A stretch of DNA of 64,000 nucleotides, taken from Ramlibacter sp. GTDB lineage: Bacteria; Pseudomonadota; Gammaproteobacteria; Burkholderiales; Burkholderiaceae_C. The position numbers and the translations under genes are program-made. Shown here piece after piece: positions 9,130-17,781 of the stretch. The number at the start of each line of letters is the position of its first letter. The first letter of the stretch is position 1. Where the stretch lies: contig NZ_JAQGLS010000160.1 of assembly GCF_028292805.1 (NCBI RefSeq), positions 8,048-72,047 on the forward strand. The letters are read 5' to 3'. The notes under the pieces are model-generated. The model was given only the letters and a program-made list of their open reading frames with translations, searched no databases and was not told where the DNA came from.

Positions 9130-10920
9130 CTACCTTCCGAATGAATCCTTCAACCCCGCCACCCTGTTGAACACAGCCTTGCCGGCCTCCCCGGCATGAT
9201 CCTTGCGATCCGCCACGAAGTACCCGTGCCGCTCGAACTGGAATCTCTGATCCCCTTTTGCGTTCCCCAGTGACGGCTCCACATAGGCCGTCACCACCTT
9301 CAAGCTGTTCGGATTCAGCTCCTCGAGAAAGTCCTTCTCCCCCGTATCGGGCTGCGCCACCGCGAACAGCCGGTCGTACAGCCGCACTTGCGCGTTCACC
9401 GCGTCGGCCACGCCCACCCAGGTGATGTTGCCCTTTACCTTCACAGCATCGGCACCGGGCGTGCCGCTCTTGGTGTCAGGCACCAGCCGGGCCTGAACTT
9501 CCACGATCGCGCCCGACGCATCGCGCGAAGCGCCGACGCACTCCACCACATAGCCGTATTTCATGCGCACCTTGTTCCCCGGGAACAGGCGAAAAAAGCC
9601 CTTGGGCGGCGTCTCTTCGTAATCCGTCCGCTCGATCCACAGCTCGCGGCCGAACATGAACGCGCGCCGCCCCAGGTCGGGCAGGTGCGGATGCACCGGC
9701 GCCGAGCACGGCTCCAGGTGGCCCGCGCCCATCACCTCGTCCCAGTTCGTGACCACCAGCTTCACCGGGTCCAGCACCGCCATCGCGCGCGCCGCCTTCG
9801 GGTCGAGGTCGTCGCGCAGCGCGATCTCCAGCGTCGAATAGTCGATCCAGGTGTCCGACTTGGTCACGCCGATGCGTTCGCAAAACAGCTGCAGGCTCTC
9901 GGGCGTGTAGCCGCGCCGGCGCAGGCCCACGATGGTCGGCATGCGCGGGTCGTCCCAGCCCGCCACGTGGCCCTGGTCCACCAGCTGCTTCAACTTGCGC
10001 TTGCTGGTGATCACGTAGGTCAGGTTCAGGCGGGCGAATTCGTACTGGCGCGGGTGCGGCGTGTTGACCAGGCCGCCCTCGGCCAGCCGGTCCAGCAGCC
10101 AGTCGTAGAACGGCCGCTGGTCCTCGAACTCCAGCGTGCAGATGCTGTGGGTGATGTTCTCCAGCGCGTCCTCGATCGGGTGCGCGAAGGTGTACATCGG
10201 GTAGATGCACCACTTGTTGCCGGTGTTGTGGTGCTCCGCATGCTTGATGCGGTAGATAGTCGGGTCCCGCATGTTGATGTTCGGGCTGGCCATGTCGATC
10301 TTCGCGCGCAGCACCGCCTTGCCATCTTCCAGCTGGCCGTCGCGCATCTCGCGAAAGCGCCGCAGGTTCTCGTCGATGCTGCGGCTGCGAAACGGGCTGT
10401 CGGTGCCGGCCTTGCCGAAGTCGCCGCGGTTCACGCGCATCTCTTCCGGCGTCTGCTCGTCCACGTAGGCGTGGCCGGCCTCGATCAGGTATTCGCCCGC
10501 GCGGTACATGAAGTCGAAGTAGTCGCTGGCTTGGTACAGGTGGCTGGTGCCGTTGGCCTCCCAGCCGAAGCCCAGCCAGCGCACGGCGTCCTTGATGGCG
10601 TCCACGTACTCCACCTCTTCCTTTTCGGGGTTGGTGTCGTCAAAGCGCATGTGGCACACGCCGCCGTAGTCGCGCGCCAGTCCGAAGTTCAGGCAGATGC
10701 TCTTGGCATGCCCCACGTGCAGGTAGCCGTTGGGCTCGGGCGGAAAGCGGGTGCGGATGCGTGCCGGGTCGGGCTCGCCCGCTTGGTGGTGCGCCGCGTC
10801 GCCCGGGCTGCCGCCCCACTGGCGCTGCGTGTAAGTGCCGTTGTCCAGGTCACGGTCGATGACGGCCCGCAGGAAGTTGCTGGTTTTGCCGGTCGGTTCT
10901 TGGTCGGGGGGGGAAGCCAT
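9130..10920 (-). CDS. glnS: Glutaminyl-tRNA synthetase
   Basis: TRFPPEPNGYLHVGHAKS (HIGH), ITSKRKL (KMSKS equivalent), QFERHGYF. Confidence 0.98.
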   Translation of the reverse strand: MASPPDQEPTGKTSNFLRAVIDRDLDNGTYTQRQWGGSPGDAAHHQAGEPDPARIRTRFPPEPNGYLHVGHAKSICLNFGLARDYGGVCHMRFDDTNPEKEEVEYVDAIKDAVRWLGFGWEANGTSHLYQASDYFDFMYRAGEYLIEAGHAYVDEQTPEEMRVNRGDFGKAGTDSPFRSRSIDENLRRFREMRDGQLEDGKAVLRAKIDMASPNINMRDPTIYRIKHAEHHNTGNKWCIYPMYTFAHPIEDALENITHSICTLEFEDQRPFYDWLLDRLAEGGLVNTPHPRQYEFARLNLTYVITSKRKLKQLVDQGHVAGWDDPRMPTIVGLRRRGYTPESLQLFCERIGVTKSDTWIDYSTLEIALRDDLDPKAARAMAVLDPVKLVVTNWDEVMGAGHLEPCSAPVHPHLPDLGRRAFMFGRELWIERTDYEETPPKGFFRLFPGNKVRMKYGYVVECVGASRDASGAIVEVQARLVPDTKSGTPGADAVKVKGNITWVGVADAVNAQVRLYDRLFAVAQPDTGEKDFLEELNPNSLKVVTAYVEPSLGNAKGDQRFQFERHGYFVADRKDHAGEAGKAVFNRVAGLKDSFGR

Positions 10921-10989
10921 ATGCGGACGATTTTGTCATGGCTTGTTGCAGCGCACCCGGCACCCCTCGCATGCCTGCTGGCCCCGCGT

Positions 10990-11196
10990 GTGCGAGTGGC
11001 TGCTCTCGCAGTCCGCGAAACCGTGACGGAGTTACGTCCGGCGACGGATTTGACCGCGAGACAGCAGGCACGACCGGTTTTCCGGGGGTTAAATGCAGCC
11101 GTTGCAAGGTCATCGTCACTGAGCCAGGCAGGGCGCAGACGAAATCAGGTATCTCCAAGCGATTGGCCCCGGCGAACGAAGCTGGGGCCTTTTTTT
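10990..11196 (+). ncRNA. Candidate structured sRNA divergent from glnS (5' end uncertain)
   Basis: Nested stems and a GNRA-capped hairpin; ends in a + strand intrinsic terminator with no + strand gene upstream. Confidence 0.45.
11165..11196 (+). terminator. Intrinsic terminator, + orientation
   Basis: GGCCCCGGC-gaacgaa-GCTGGGGCC followed by T7. Confidence 0.85.
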
Positions 11197-11216
11197 GGCC
11201 TTTGGTCCGCCGCGAT

Positions 11217-11465
11217 TCACCAGTGATGTTCGTCTTTGCCCGGGCGCAGCAGTTCGGGAACGGGGTGCTTCGAAGGCAGCAGGGCCTTGAGCTTGAGCTG
11301 GTCGCGCAGATGGGGCAGCACGCTGTCCGAGCCGTGCCCGCTGTGGCCGCCGGCGATGGCGCGCTGCACGTAGCCGCGCTGCCGGCGCGGCACGCTGCCA
11401 CAGCGGTCCGAGGCGCGCCGTTGGGGCGGCCCCCGCTCGTCGTTGGGTTTGTTGTCTCGCGTCAT
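11217..11465 (-). CDS. Small hypothetical protein, 82 aa
   Basis: SD cagagga 8 nt before ATG; PQRRASDR...HLRDQLKLKAL; isolated between terminators. Confidence 0.6.
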   Translation of the reverse strand: MTRDNKPNDERGPPQRRASDRCGSVPRRQRGYVQRAIAGGHSGHGSDSVLPHLRDQLKLKALLPSKHPVPELLRPGKDEHHW

Positions 11466-11566
11466 GTCGGTGTTCCTCTGAGTGTTTACAGAGTAGGGAC
11501 GACGCGACGCTTTAGATGCAGGTCATGCCCGACCATGGGCGTCGGACGGCAGCGACCGGGCTGTAC

Positions 11567-11598
11567 AAAAAAAGAACCCCCAGGTGGAACCTGGGGGT
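11567..11598 (-). terminator. Intrinsic terminator, - orientation
   Basis: Minus strand ACCCCCAGG-TTCCA-CCTGGGGGT-TC-T7. Confidence 0.85.
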
Positions 11599-11740
11599 AA
11601 CAATGCCAGTCGCGGGACGGAGGGCCGGACCAGCTCACCCCGGAGGAGGAGGGGACTCAGAGGAGTCGGGGTGACCGGGAGACGAAAAGCGTGGTTCGTG
11701 GGACCAGCCGCGCCTTGCGTGCAATTCGATAGCCCGTAGT
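11567..11740 (-). ncRNA. Candidate CU-rich anti-Shine-Dalgarno sRNA (5' end uncertain)
   Basis: Minus strand carries CCCCUCCUCCUCC and GACUC-CUCU-GAGUC within a stem-loop (11635-11641 pairs with 11668-11674), then a terminator. Confidence 0.55.
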
Positions 11741-11821
11741 AGACGCTTGCGGCTTCCCGGCGCCCTGTAGGACGTTGGCCACAGGGCCTGCCAGACGATC
11801 CCGATTCCGCCGGTTCATGCG

Positions 11822-12909
11822 CTATTCGGGCTCGAAGGCCTCATGCACCGCGCTTTGCACGCCACCTCCCATCATCGGTCCGCCGCCCGCCACGTAGACG
11901 GTGGTGCCGATGGCCACGGCGCCCAGGCCGTGGCGCGGTGTCGGCATCGGCGCGAACTGTTCCCAGGCGTCCTGCGCGACGTCGTAAGCCTCGTTCTGGC
12001 CGAACACGCGGTTGCTGCCCTCGCCGCCCATCACGAAGATGCGCTGGCCGACGAGCACGGCGCCATGGCCCGAGCGGGCGGTCGGCAGCGGGCTGCGCGC
12101 CGTCCACTTGTCCTGGCGCGGGTCGTACGCGTGGTGCAGGTTGCTGTTGGTGTGGAAGCTGTCGACCCGCCCGCCGATCACGTGGACCAGGTTGCCCGCG
12201 ACCACGGCGCCCACGTGGTCGCGCGCGGTGGGCAAGGGCGCGTTGCGCTCCCAGCGATCGGCGCCTGGCAGGTACGACAGGTGCCAGGCCACCGACCGCT
12301 TGCTGTCGAAGCTGGCGCCGACGGCGCCGCCGATGGCATGGATGCGGCCGCCGATGGCGCCGCAGCCGGCCGAGCCGACCGGCCGGGGCAGCGGTGCGAT
12401 GCGGCGCCAGCGGTCGTCACCCTCGTTCCAGCCGAAGCACTCCGCGTGCGGCTTGCGGTTCTGCTCGGTGAAGCCGCCGATGGCGTAGAGCGTGTCGCCC
12501 AGCACCGCCACGCCGACGTGGTTGGCGCCCAGCGGCAGCGGCGCGGCGCTGGTCCAGGCGTCGCGCTGCGGGTGATAGACGTGGTGGTAAGGGCGGTCCA
12601 CCCGCTGCTCGCCGTAGCCGCCCACCAGGTGCATGCGCCCGTTCATGGCCGCTGCCCACGCCATCTCGCTGCGCGGCAGCGGCAAGGGCGCCTTGGTGCT
12701 CCAGCGCCCCATGCGCGCCGCCCTGGGCGCGGGGCTGTCGAACACGTTCTGCACCGCCGCCAGCTCGGGCCGGTCGATTCGGCCCGGCGCGTTCAGCCGC
12801 TCGTACATGCCGGCGTTGTGGGCGTGGGGTGCTGCCGGGCCACCGGCTGGCTGCAGCCGGCAAGGGCGGCCGGGGCGGCCAGCAGCAGGGTGCGACGTTG
12901 CAGGGGCAT
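11822..12909 (-). CDS. Kelch-repeat beta-propeller (lipo)protein; signal peptide separated by a frameshift near 12835
   Basis: Six GG-containing Kelch repeats (e.g. IYAIGG-like LYAIGGF, VHVIGG, IFVMGG, W...APLP); upstream MPLQRRTLLLAAPAALAGC lies in another frame. Confidence 0.8.
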
Positions 12910-12975
12910 GGTGGAGGCTCCGGGACGCGGGTTCCGCAGCCTACCAGTGCCCGGCGCCGGCGAAAACCGCCGCCT

Positions 12976-13761
12976 TCACATGGCCCGGAACAGGTGCGCG
13001 TAGAGCCGGCTGACCGGCAGCTGCTCGCGGCGGCCGTGCACCGCCAGCTGCAGCTTGCCGGCCTCGTCGCGGTGCACCGCTTCGATCGCGGCGGCCCGCA
13101 CCACCGTGCCGCGGTGCACCTGCCAGAACACACCGGGGTCCAGCTGCGGCAGCAGGTCTTTGAGCGCGGTCCGGATCAGGTACTCGTGGGACGCGGTCAG
13201 CACCCGCAGGTACTTGTCGGCGGCCTCGAACACCAGCACCTCGTCGACCGGCACCATGCGGATGCTGGTGCCGACGCTGGCCTGGATCACCTTCAGCGCG
13301 GGCTGCCCAGGCGCGGCGGCGAGCAGGCCGCGCAGCTGGCCCAGCGTGGCTTCCAGCTCGTCCGCGCCGCCCTGCCGGGCCGCCAGCGCCTGCTGCAGCC
13401 GCGCCACCGTCTTGCGCATGCGATCCGGCTGGTGCGGCTTGAGAACGTAGTCGATCGCGTGGGCTTCGAAGGCCTGCACCGCGTACTGGTCGTACGCCGT
13501 GACGAACACCAGCGCCGGAAAGGCGACGCCGGCGGGCCAGTCGTCAACCAGTTGCGCGGCAGCCTCCAGGCCGCTCTGCCCGGGCATGCGGATGTCGAAG
13601 AACAGCACGTCCGGCCGCAGCGCAAGCGCCCGGGAGACGGCCGAGAGGCCGTCGGCCACCGTCGCCACCACCTGCAGGGCCGGCCACTCGCGTTGCAGCT
13701 CGATGGCCAGTGCCTGGGCCAGCAACGGCTCGTCTTCGGCGATCAGGGCGGTGGCTTTCAT
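12976..13761 (-). CDS. LytTR-family response regulator
   Basis: IAEDEP...FFDIRMPG...FVTAYDQYAVQAF receiver domain; FWQVHRGTVV...VSR LytTR domain. Confidence 0.95.
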   Translation of the reverse strand: MKATALIAEDEPLLAQALAIELQREWPALQVVATVADGLSAVSRALALRPDVLFFDIRMPGQSGLEAAAQLVDDWPAGVAFPALVFVTAYDQYAVQAFEAHAIDYVLKPHQPDRMRKTVARLQQALAARQGGADELEATLGQLRGLLAAAPGQPALKVIQASVGTSIRMVPVDEVLVFEAADKYLRVLTASHEYLIRTALKDLLPQLDPGVFWQVHRGTVVRAAAIEAVHRDEAGKLQLAVHGRREQLPVSRLYAHLFRAM

Positions 13762-14792
13762 GATTGCACCGGCATGCGAATCACCGCCCGCATTCCGGCC
13801 TCGCCTGCCGGCGCCAGTTCCAGGCTGGCGCCGGCCCCATGCAGCGTGGCCAACCGGTCGCGCACCTGTGCCAGCCCGAAGCCCTTGCCGTCCGCCGGCG
13901 GTGCTGCATGGCCGATGCCGGTGTCGACCACCTCCAGCACCAGCTGCCCGCCCTCGCGCCGCGCGCTGACGGCGATGCGGCCGCCCTCCAGCTTGGGCTC
14001 CAGCCCGTGCTGGATGCTGTTTTCCACCAGCGGCTGCAGCAGCAGCGTCGGCACCCGCTGCTGCGCCAGCTGCGGCGGCAGCTCCAGCACATACGCCAGC
14101 CGCGGCCCCATGCGGATCGACATCAGCTCCAGGTAGTCGCGCAGCCGCTCGAACTCGCGCTCCAGGCTGTGGCTGGTGGCGCGCGAGCCGTCGAGCGTGG
14201 CGCGCAGATAGGCGATCATGTGGTCCAGCATCCGCTGCGCCCGCTGCGGATCCAGCGCGATCAGGACGCGCAGGTTGGCCAGCGTGTTGAACAGCATGTG
14301 CGGCTCCAGCTGTGCCTCCAGCAGCTTCAGCCGGGCCTCGTTCGCATGGTGCTGGGCCTCGCCCATCTTGCGCTGCAGGTAGGCGCCCTTGTTGCGGGCG
14401 TAGAACCACGAGGTGGCGGCCAGGCCGGCCAGCACCGTGATCAGCAGCGAGGCGCGCCATTGCGACGGACTCGGCTCGCCGGTGTACCAGCCGTAGGCCA
14501 GGCCGATCCGGTCACCGGCCGCCATGCCGAAGAAATAACCGGCCAGGATGCCCGCGACGATCAGCAGCACGCCGCCCAGCCCTTGGGGCCAGCCGGTTTC
14601 GGCAGCCGAGGGCAAGGCGTGGCGGCCGAGGTCGACCACCGCCCAGGTGATGCTGCCGATCAGCAGCGAGTAGACCAGCGTGGGAAGGTACGGCTTTTCG
14701 GGGCTGAAGGCGATCTGCAGCGCCGCCACCGCCAGGCAAAAGGCCAGGGTCTGCAGCAGGTGCTGCAGCTTGGCGATGCCGTCGATCTTCAT
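13758..14792 (-). CDS. LytS-type sensor histidine kinase
   Basis: TM N-terminus; ARLKLLEAQLEPHMLFNTLANL; LQPLVENSIQHG; DTGIG; GFGL. Confidence 0.93.
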   Translation of the reverse strand: MKIDGIAKLQHLLQTLAFCLAVAALQIAFSPEKPYLPTLVYSLLIGSITWAVVDLGRHALPSAAETGWPQGLGGVLLIVAGILAGYFFGMAAGDRIGLAYGWYTGEPSPSQWRASLLITVLAGLAATSWFYARNKGAYLQRKMGEAQHHANEARLKLLEAQLEPHMLFNTLANLRVLIALDPQRAQRMLDHMIAYLRATLDGSRATSHSLEREFERLRDYLELMSIRMGPRLAYVLELPPQLAQQRVPTLLLQPLVENSIQHGLEPKLEGGRIAVSARREGGQLVLEVVDTGIGHAAPPADGKGFGLAQVRDRLATLHGAGASLELAPAGEAGMRAVIRMPVQS

Positions 14793-15097
14793 CGCCCTTG
14801 CGCGCGGTCCTGCTGGCGCAGCAGGCGCTCGTGTTCCTGCCGCACCAGGCGCTCGCGCATCGGGCCGGCGCCGCCCAGGACAAACACCGCCACGCCGTGC
14901 AGCGCCAGCCCCAGGCCCCATCCCAGCACCGGATAAACCGACCAGGGCCGGTGACCGAAACCGTAGCGCGACATCGCGAACAGGCCCAGGTTCACCAGCA
15001 CGTAGACCGCGGCATGCACGAACCAGCCCAGCTTGGCGCTGGCGCGCTTGCGCGCCAGGCGGTCGATCTCTTCGGGGCTGAGGCGGGCAGCGGACAT
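14789..15097 (-). CDS. 2TM domain protein
   Basis: ARKRASAKLGWFVHAAVYVLVN...WSVYPVLGWGLGLALHG. Confidence 0.88.
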   Translation of the reverse strand: MSAARLSPEEIDRLARKRASAKLGWFVHAAVYVLVNLGLFAMSRYGFGHRPWSVYPVLGWGLGLALHGVAVFVLGGAGPMRERLVRQEHERLLRQQDRAQGR

Positions 15098-15132
15098 CGT
15101 GGACGATTTTAGGTGAGCCATGCGGCCAGCGC

Positions 15133-15414
15133 TCACCACGGCCCCTGCTGCTGGCGCAGGGCCCGGCGCTCCCGCTCCACCAGCCGCCCAAGCGTGCCGC
15201 CGGTTGCGAGGAAGACGCCGGTGCGGTGCACGGCCAGGCCGATGCCCCAGCCGAGCGCGGGATAGATGGCCCAGGCGCGCCCGCTCATGAACGACAAGGT
15301 GGCCAGCAGCAGGTTGACAGCGATGTAGACCATGGCGTGGGTGTACCAGCCCAGCTTGGCGCCGGCGCGGCGGCGCGCTTCGCGCTCAAGGCAATCGGTG
15401 GCGGTGGTGTCCAT
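15133..15414 (-). CDS. 2TM domain protein (paralogue)
   Basis: ARRRAGAKLGWYTHAMVYIAVN...WAIYPALGWGIGLAVH. Confidence 0.88.
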   Translation of the reverse strand: MDTTATDCLEREARRRAGAKLGWYTHAMVYIAVNLLLATLSFMSGRAWAIYPALGWGIGLAVHRTGVFLATGGTLGRLVERERRALRQQQGPW

Positions 15415-15439
15415 GGTGGTCTTTCTTTTCGATGCAACG

Positions 15440-15993
15440 GGTTTCAGGCGGTGATCCGGTCGTGGCAGGCGTGCCCAGCGCCAGCCGCCACAGGCGCACG
15501 GCGCGGCCGACGAAGATGCCGGCCAAGCAGCCGTACAGCGCCGCCACGGTCAGGGCGTACTGCGTGTCATGCACCAGCTTCGGTGCCATCGTCAGCTCCA
15601 CGCCCAGGTGTACTTCACCAGGAAGATGCCGGCAATCAGGGCCAGCGGCACCATGCTGCCGGGCAGCGCGTCGCTGCGGCTCGTCGCGTCGTATCGCGCC
15701 GCGGCCCGGCCGGGGCGACCAGGGCGAACAGCAGCAGTGCGCCGGTGGCCCAGACCGCCAGCGCCTGCCCCAGCAGCGGCGAGGCGCCGAAGGCCGACAG
15801 CGCCCCCCAGGCGGAAAAGACCGTCATGCCGATCGGCAGCAGCGACACCCGCAGCAGGCTGGCCGTGCGGTCACGCATCTGGCTCAAGCCCAGCGCCAGC
15901 GGCGCGGCGAGCAGGCCCCCGGACCCGGATGGGGGTCTGGCGCAGGATGGGGCCGACGGCCTGCGGATGGTGGGCGACGAGTCGGATCAGCAT
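15440..15993 (-). pseudogene. Membrane protein (DUF6622-like, from recall) with at least three frameshifts
   Basis: MLIRLVAHHPQAVGPILRQTP / GLLAAPLALGLSQMRDRTASLLRVSLLP... / GSMVPLALIAGIFLVKY / GVELTMAPKLVHDTQYALTVAALYG in different frames. Confidence 0.7.
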
Positions 15994-16024
15994 GGTTTGC
16001 TCCTGCAAGGGCAAGGGGGTGGAA

Positions 16025-16438
16025 TCAGACGAGGCCGAGCCAGTCGCCCAGGACCAGGCGGCCTAGGTAGCGGTTCGGCAGCAGCGTGAAGCCGCCAGCG
16101 ACGAGGCAGCCGCCCACGTACAGGCTCTGCATGGTGAGGCGATGGCCGCGGATGTTGCCGCGCGCCAGCAGCCAGAAGGCGCCGAACAGGGCAACCAGGG
16201 TCACCGGCACCAGGATGTGGACGGGGGTGTAGCCCGCGAGGTTGGGCAGCGACCAGTCACGGATGAAGATGGCCGAGATCGCCGTCGCCAGCATCAGGGT
16301 GACCCAGGCGTAGCCGAAGGCGCGGTGCAGGCGCGGATGCTGGTGCCGGCTGCGGCGCGCCCACAGGGCGACCGGCCCGATGGCAACTGCGCCGAGAGCG
16401 GCGCTCATGTGGACGGCGATCAGGGGAGTCAGTTGCAT
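16025..16438 (-). CDS. DUF2306-like membrane protein
   Basis: AVHMSAAL...LHRAFGYAWV...HIL...GHRLTM...GFTLLPNRYLG. Confidence 0.85.
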   Translation of the reverse strand: MQLTPLIAVHMSAALGAVAIGPVALWARRSRHQHPRLHRAFGYAWVTLMLATAISAIFIRDWSLPNLAGYTPVHILVPVTLVALFGAFWLLARGNIRGHRLTMQSLYVGGCLVAGGFTLLPNRYLGRLVLGDWLGLV

Positions 16439-16637
16439 GGCGGGCACCTAGTCTGCGATCGACGGACTGTGCGGTCCGCCGCCGGAAAGGGCCACCACGC
16501 TGCGACGGAACGCCGTCGGCGGGGAGTGAAATGCAGTTGCCGCGGAGCGAGCCGCGGGCGCCAACGCGCCTGGAGGGGTTGAAAAGGGGAAAGTGGTGCG
16601 GCGCCGGGCGCTGCCGGCGCCGCTGCGAATCAGCCCG

Positions 16638-16787
16638 TCAGGCCGAAATGCGGCGGAACTGCTCGCTCAGCTCCTGCTGGCGCAGCATGATCCGCGGCAC
16701 ATCCGGGTGCAACGGGTTGATTTCTCGCATCGCCCATTTGTAGAACGCCTGGGCGGTCACCAGGTAGAGCAGGTTGATGATTTTCAT
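16638..16787 (-). CDS. Small hypothetical protein, 49 aa (alternative start 16862)
   Basis: [49 protein letters not shown]; coding-like composition, divergent from uppP. Confidence 0.55.
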   Translation of the reverse strand: MKIINLLYLVTAQAFYKWAMREINPLHPDVPRIMLRQQELSEQFRRISA

Positions 16788-16956
16788 GTCGGCAATGATC
16801 ACGGCCAGCCGACCGGCGACCTGTAGGCACGCCGCGCCGCCGCGGCTGCCGGATTGCGACATGCCTTGTCGGACGAGGGCCGCCTGCCGTGCCAGCCGGG
16901 TTGCCCCACGGCAAAGGGCCGGCCCGGCGATAATCCGCCCTTTGCCTGGAGCGCAC

Positions 16957-17781
16957 GTGGACGTCGTATTGCTGGTGAAAGCCGCCGTCATGGGCGTGGT
17001 CGAGGGCCTCACCGAGTTCCTCCCCATCTCCAGCACCGGGCACCTGATCCTGGCGGGCACCCTGCTGGGCTTTCACGACGAGAAGGCCAAGGTCTTCGAC
17101 ATCGCGATCCAGACCGGCGCCATCCTGGCCGTGATCCTGGTGTATTGGCAAAAGATCCGCTCCACGCTGGCCGGGCTGGGCAGCGAGCCGGAGGCGCGGC
17201 GCTTCACCCTGAACGTGGCAGTGGCCTTCGTGCCGGCGGTGGTGCTGGGGCTGGCGCTGGGCAAGATGATCCAGGACAACCTGTTCACGCCGGTGGTGGT
17301 GGCCACCACCTTCATCATCGGCGGCTTCGTGATCCTGTGGGCCGAAAAGCGCGCGCCCGGCGCGGTGCGCATCCAGGAAGCCGAGGACATGCGCTGGCCC
17401 GACGCCCTCAAGCTGGGGCTGGTGCAGTGCCTGGCGCTGGTGCCGGGCACCAGCCGCAGCGGCGCCACCATCATCGGCGGCATGCTGCTGGGCCTGTCGC
17501 GCAAGGCGGCCACCGATTTTTCGTTCTACCTGGCGATCCCCACGCTGATCGGCGCCGGCGCGTACAGCCTGATCAAGGAACGGGGCCAACTGTCGGTGGC
17601 CGACCTGCCGATGTTCGGGGTGGGCCTGCTGTTCTCGTTCGTCAGCGCCTGGCTGTGCGTGCGCTGGCTGCTGCGCTACATCTCCAGCCACAGCTTCACC
17701 CCGTTCGCCTACTACCGCATCGTGTTCGGCGTGGTGGTGCTGCTCACTTCGTGGACAGGCTGGGTGCAGTGGTCGCACTGA
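16957..17781 (+). CDS. uppP: Undecaprenyl-diphosphate phosphatase
   Basis: [18 protein letters not shown] and [10 protein letters not shown] motifs. Confidence 0.97.
   Translation: MDVVLLVKAAVMGVVEGLTEFLPISSTGHLILAGTLLGFHDEKAKVFDIAIQTGAILAVILVYWQKIRSTLAGLGSEPEARRFTLNVAVAFVPAVVLGLALGKMIQDNLFTPVVVATTFIIGGFVILWAEKRAPGAVRIQEAEDMRWPDALKLGLVQCLALVPGTSRSGATIIGGMLLGLSRKAATDFSFYLAIPTLIGAGAYSLIKERGQLSVADLPMFGVGLLFSFVSAWLCVRWLLRYISSHSFTPFAYYRIVFGVVVLLTSWTGWVQWSH

Noticed and set aside
10906-10913. C8 run at the start of glnS as a phase-variation site
   Set aside because: Short, in frame (Ser-Pro-Pro) and in an essential gene
11100-11160. actgagccagg resembling the 3' end of a cobalamin riboswitch
   Set aside because: The B12-box and upstream conserved elements are absent, and no downstream gene lies on that strand
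9388-11226. Long + strand ORF (612 aa) and similar giant ORFs such as 20469-23615, 28992-31436 (upstream part) and 57248-59488
   Set aside because: Antisense or off-frame shadows of real genes in GC-rich DNA; low-complexity R/A/G/P translations with no motifs
11615-11705. GGA-rich + strand reading as an RsmY/CsrB-like sponge
   Set aside because: The adjacent terminator has its T tract on the minus strand, so the transcript is more likely the CU-rich strand; not fully excluded
16500-16536. Possible LytTR direct-repeat binding site
   Set aside because: Only a weak G.AA.GC match at 21-bp spacing; not supportable without comparative data
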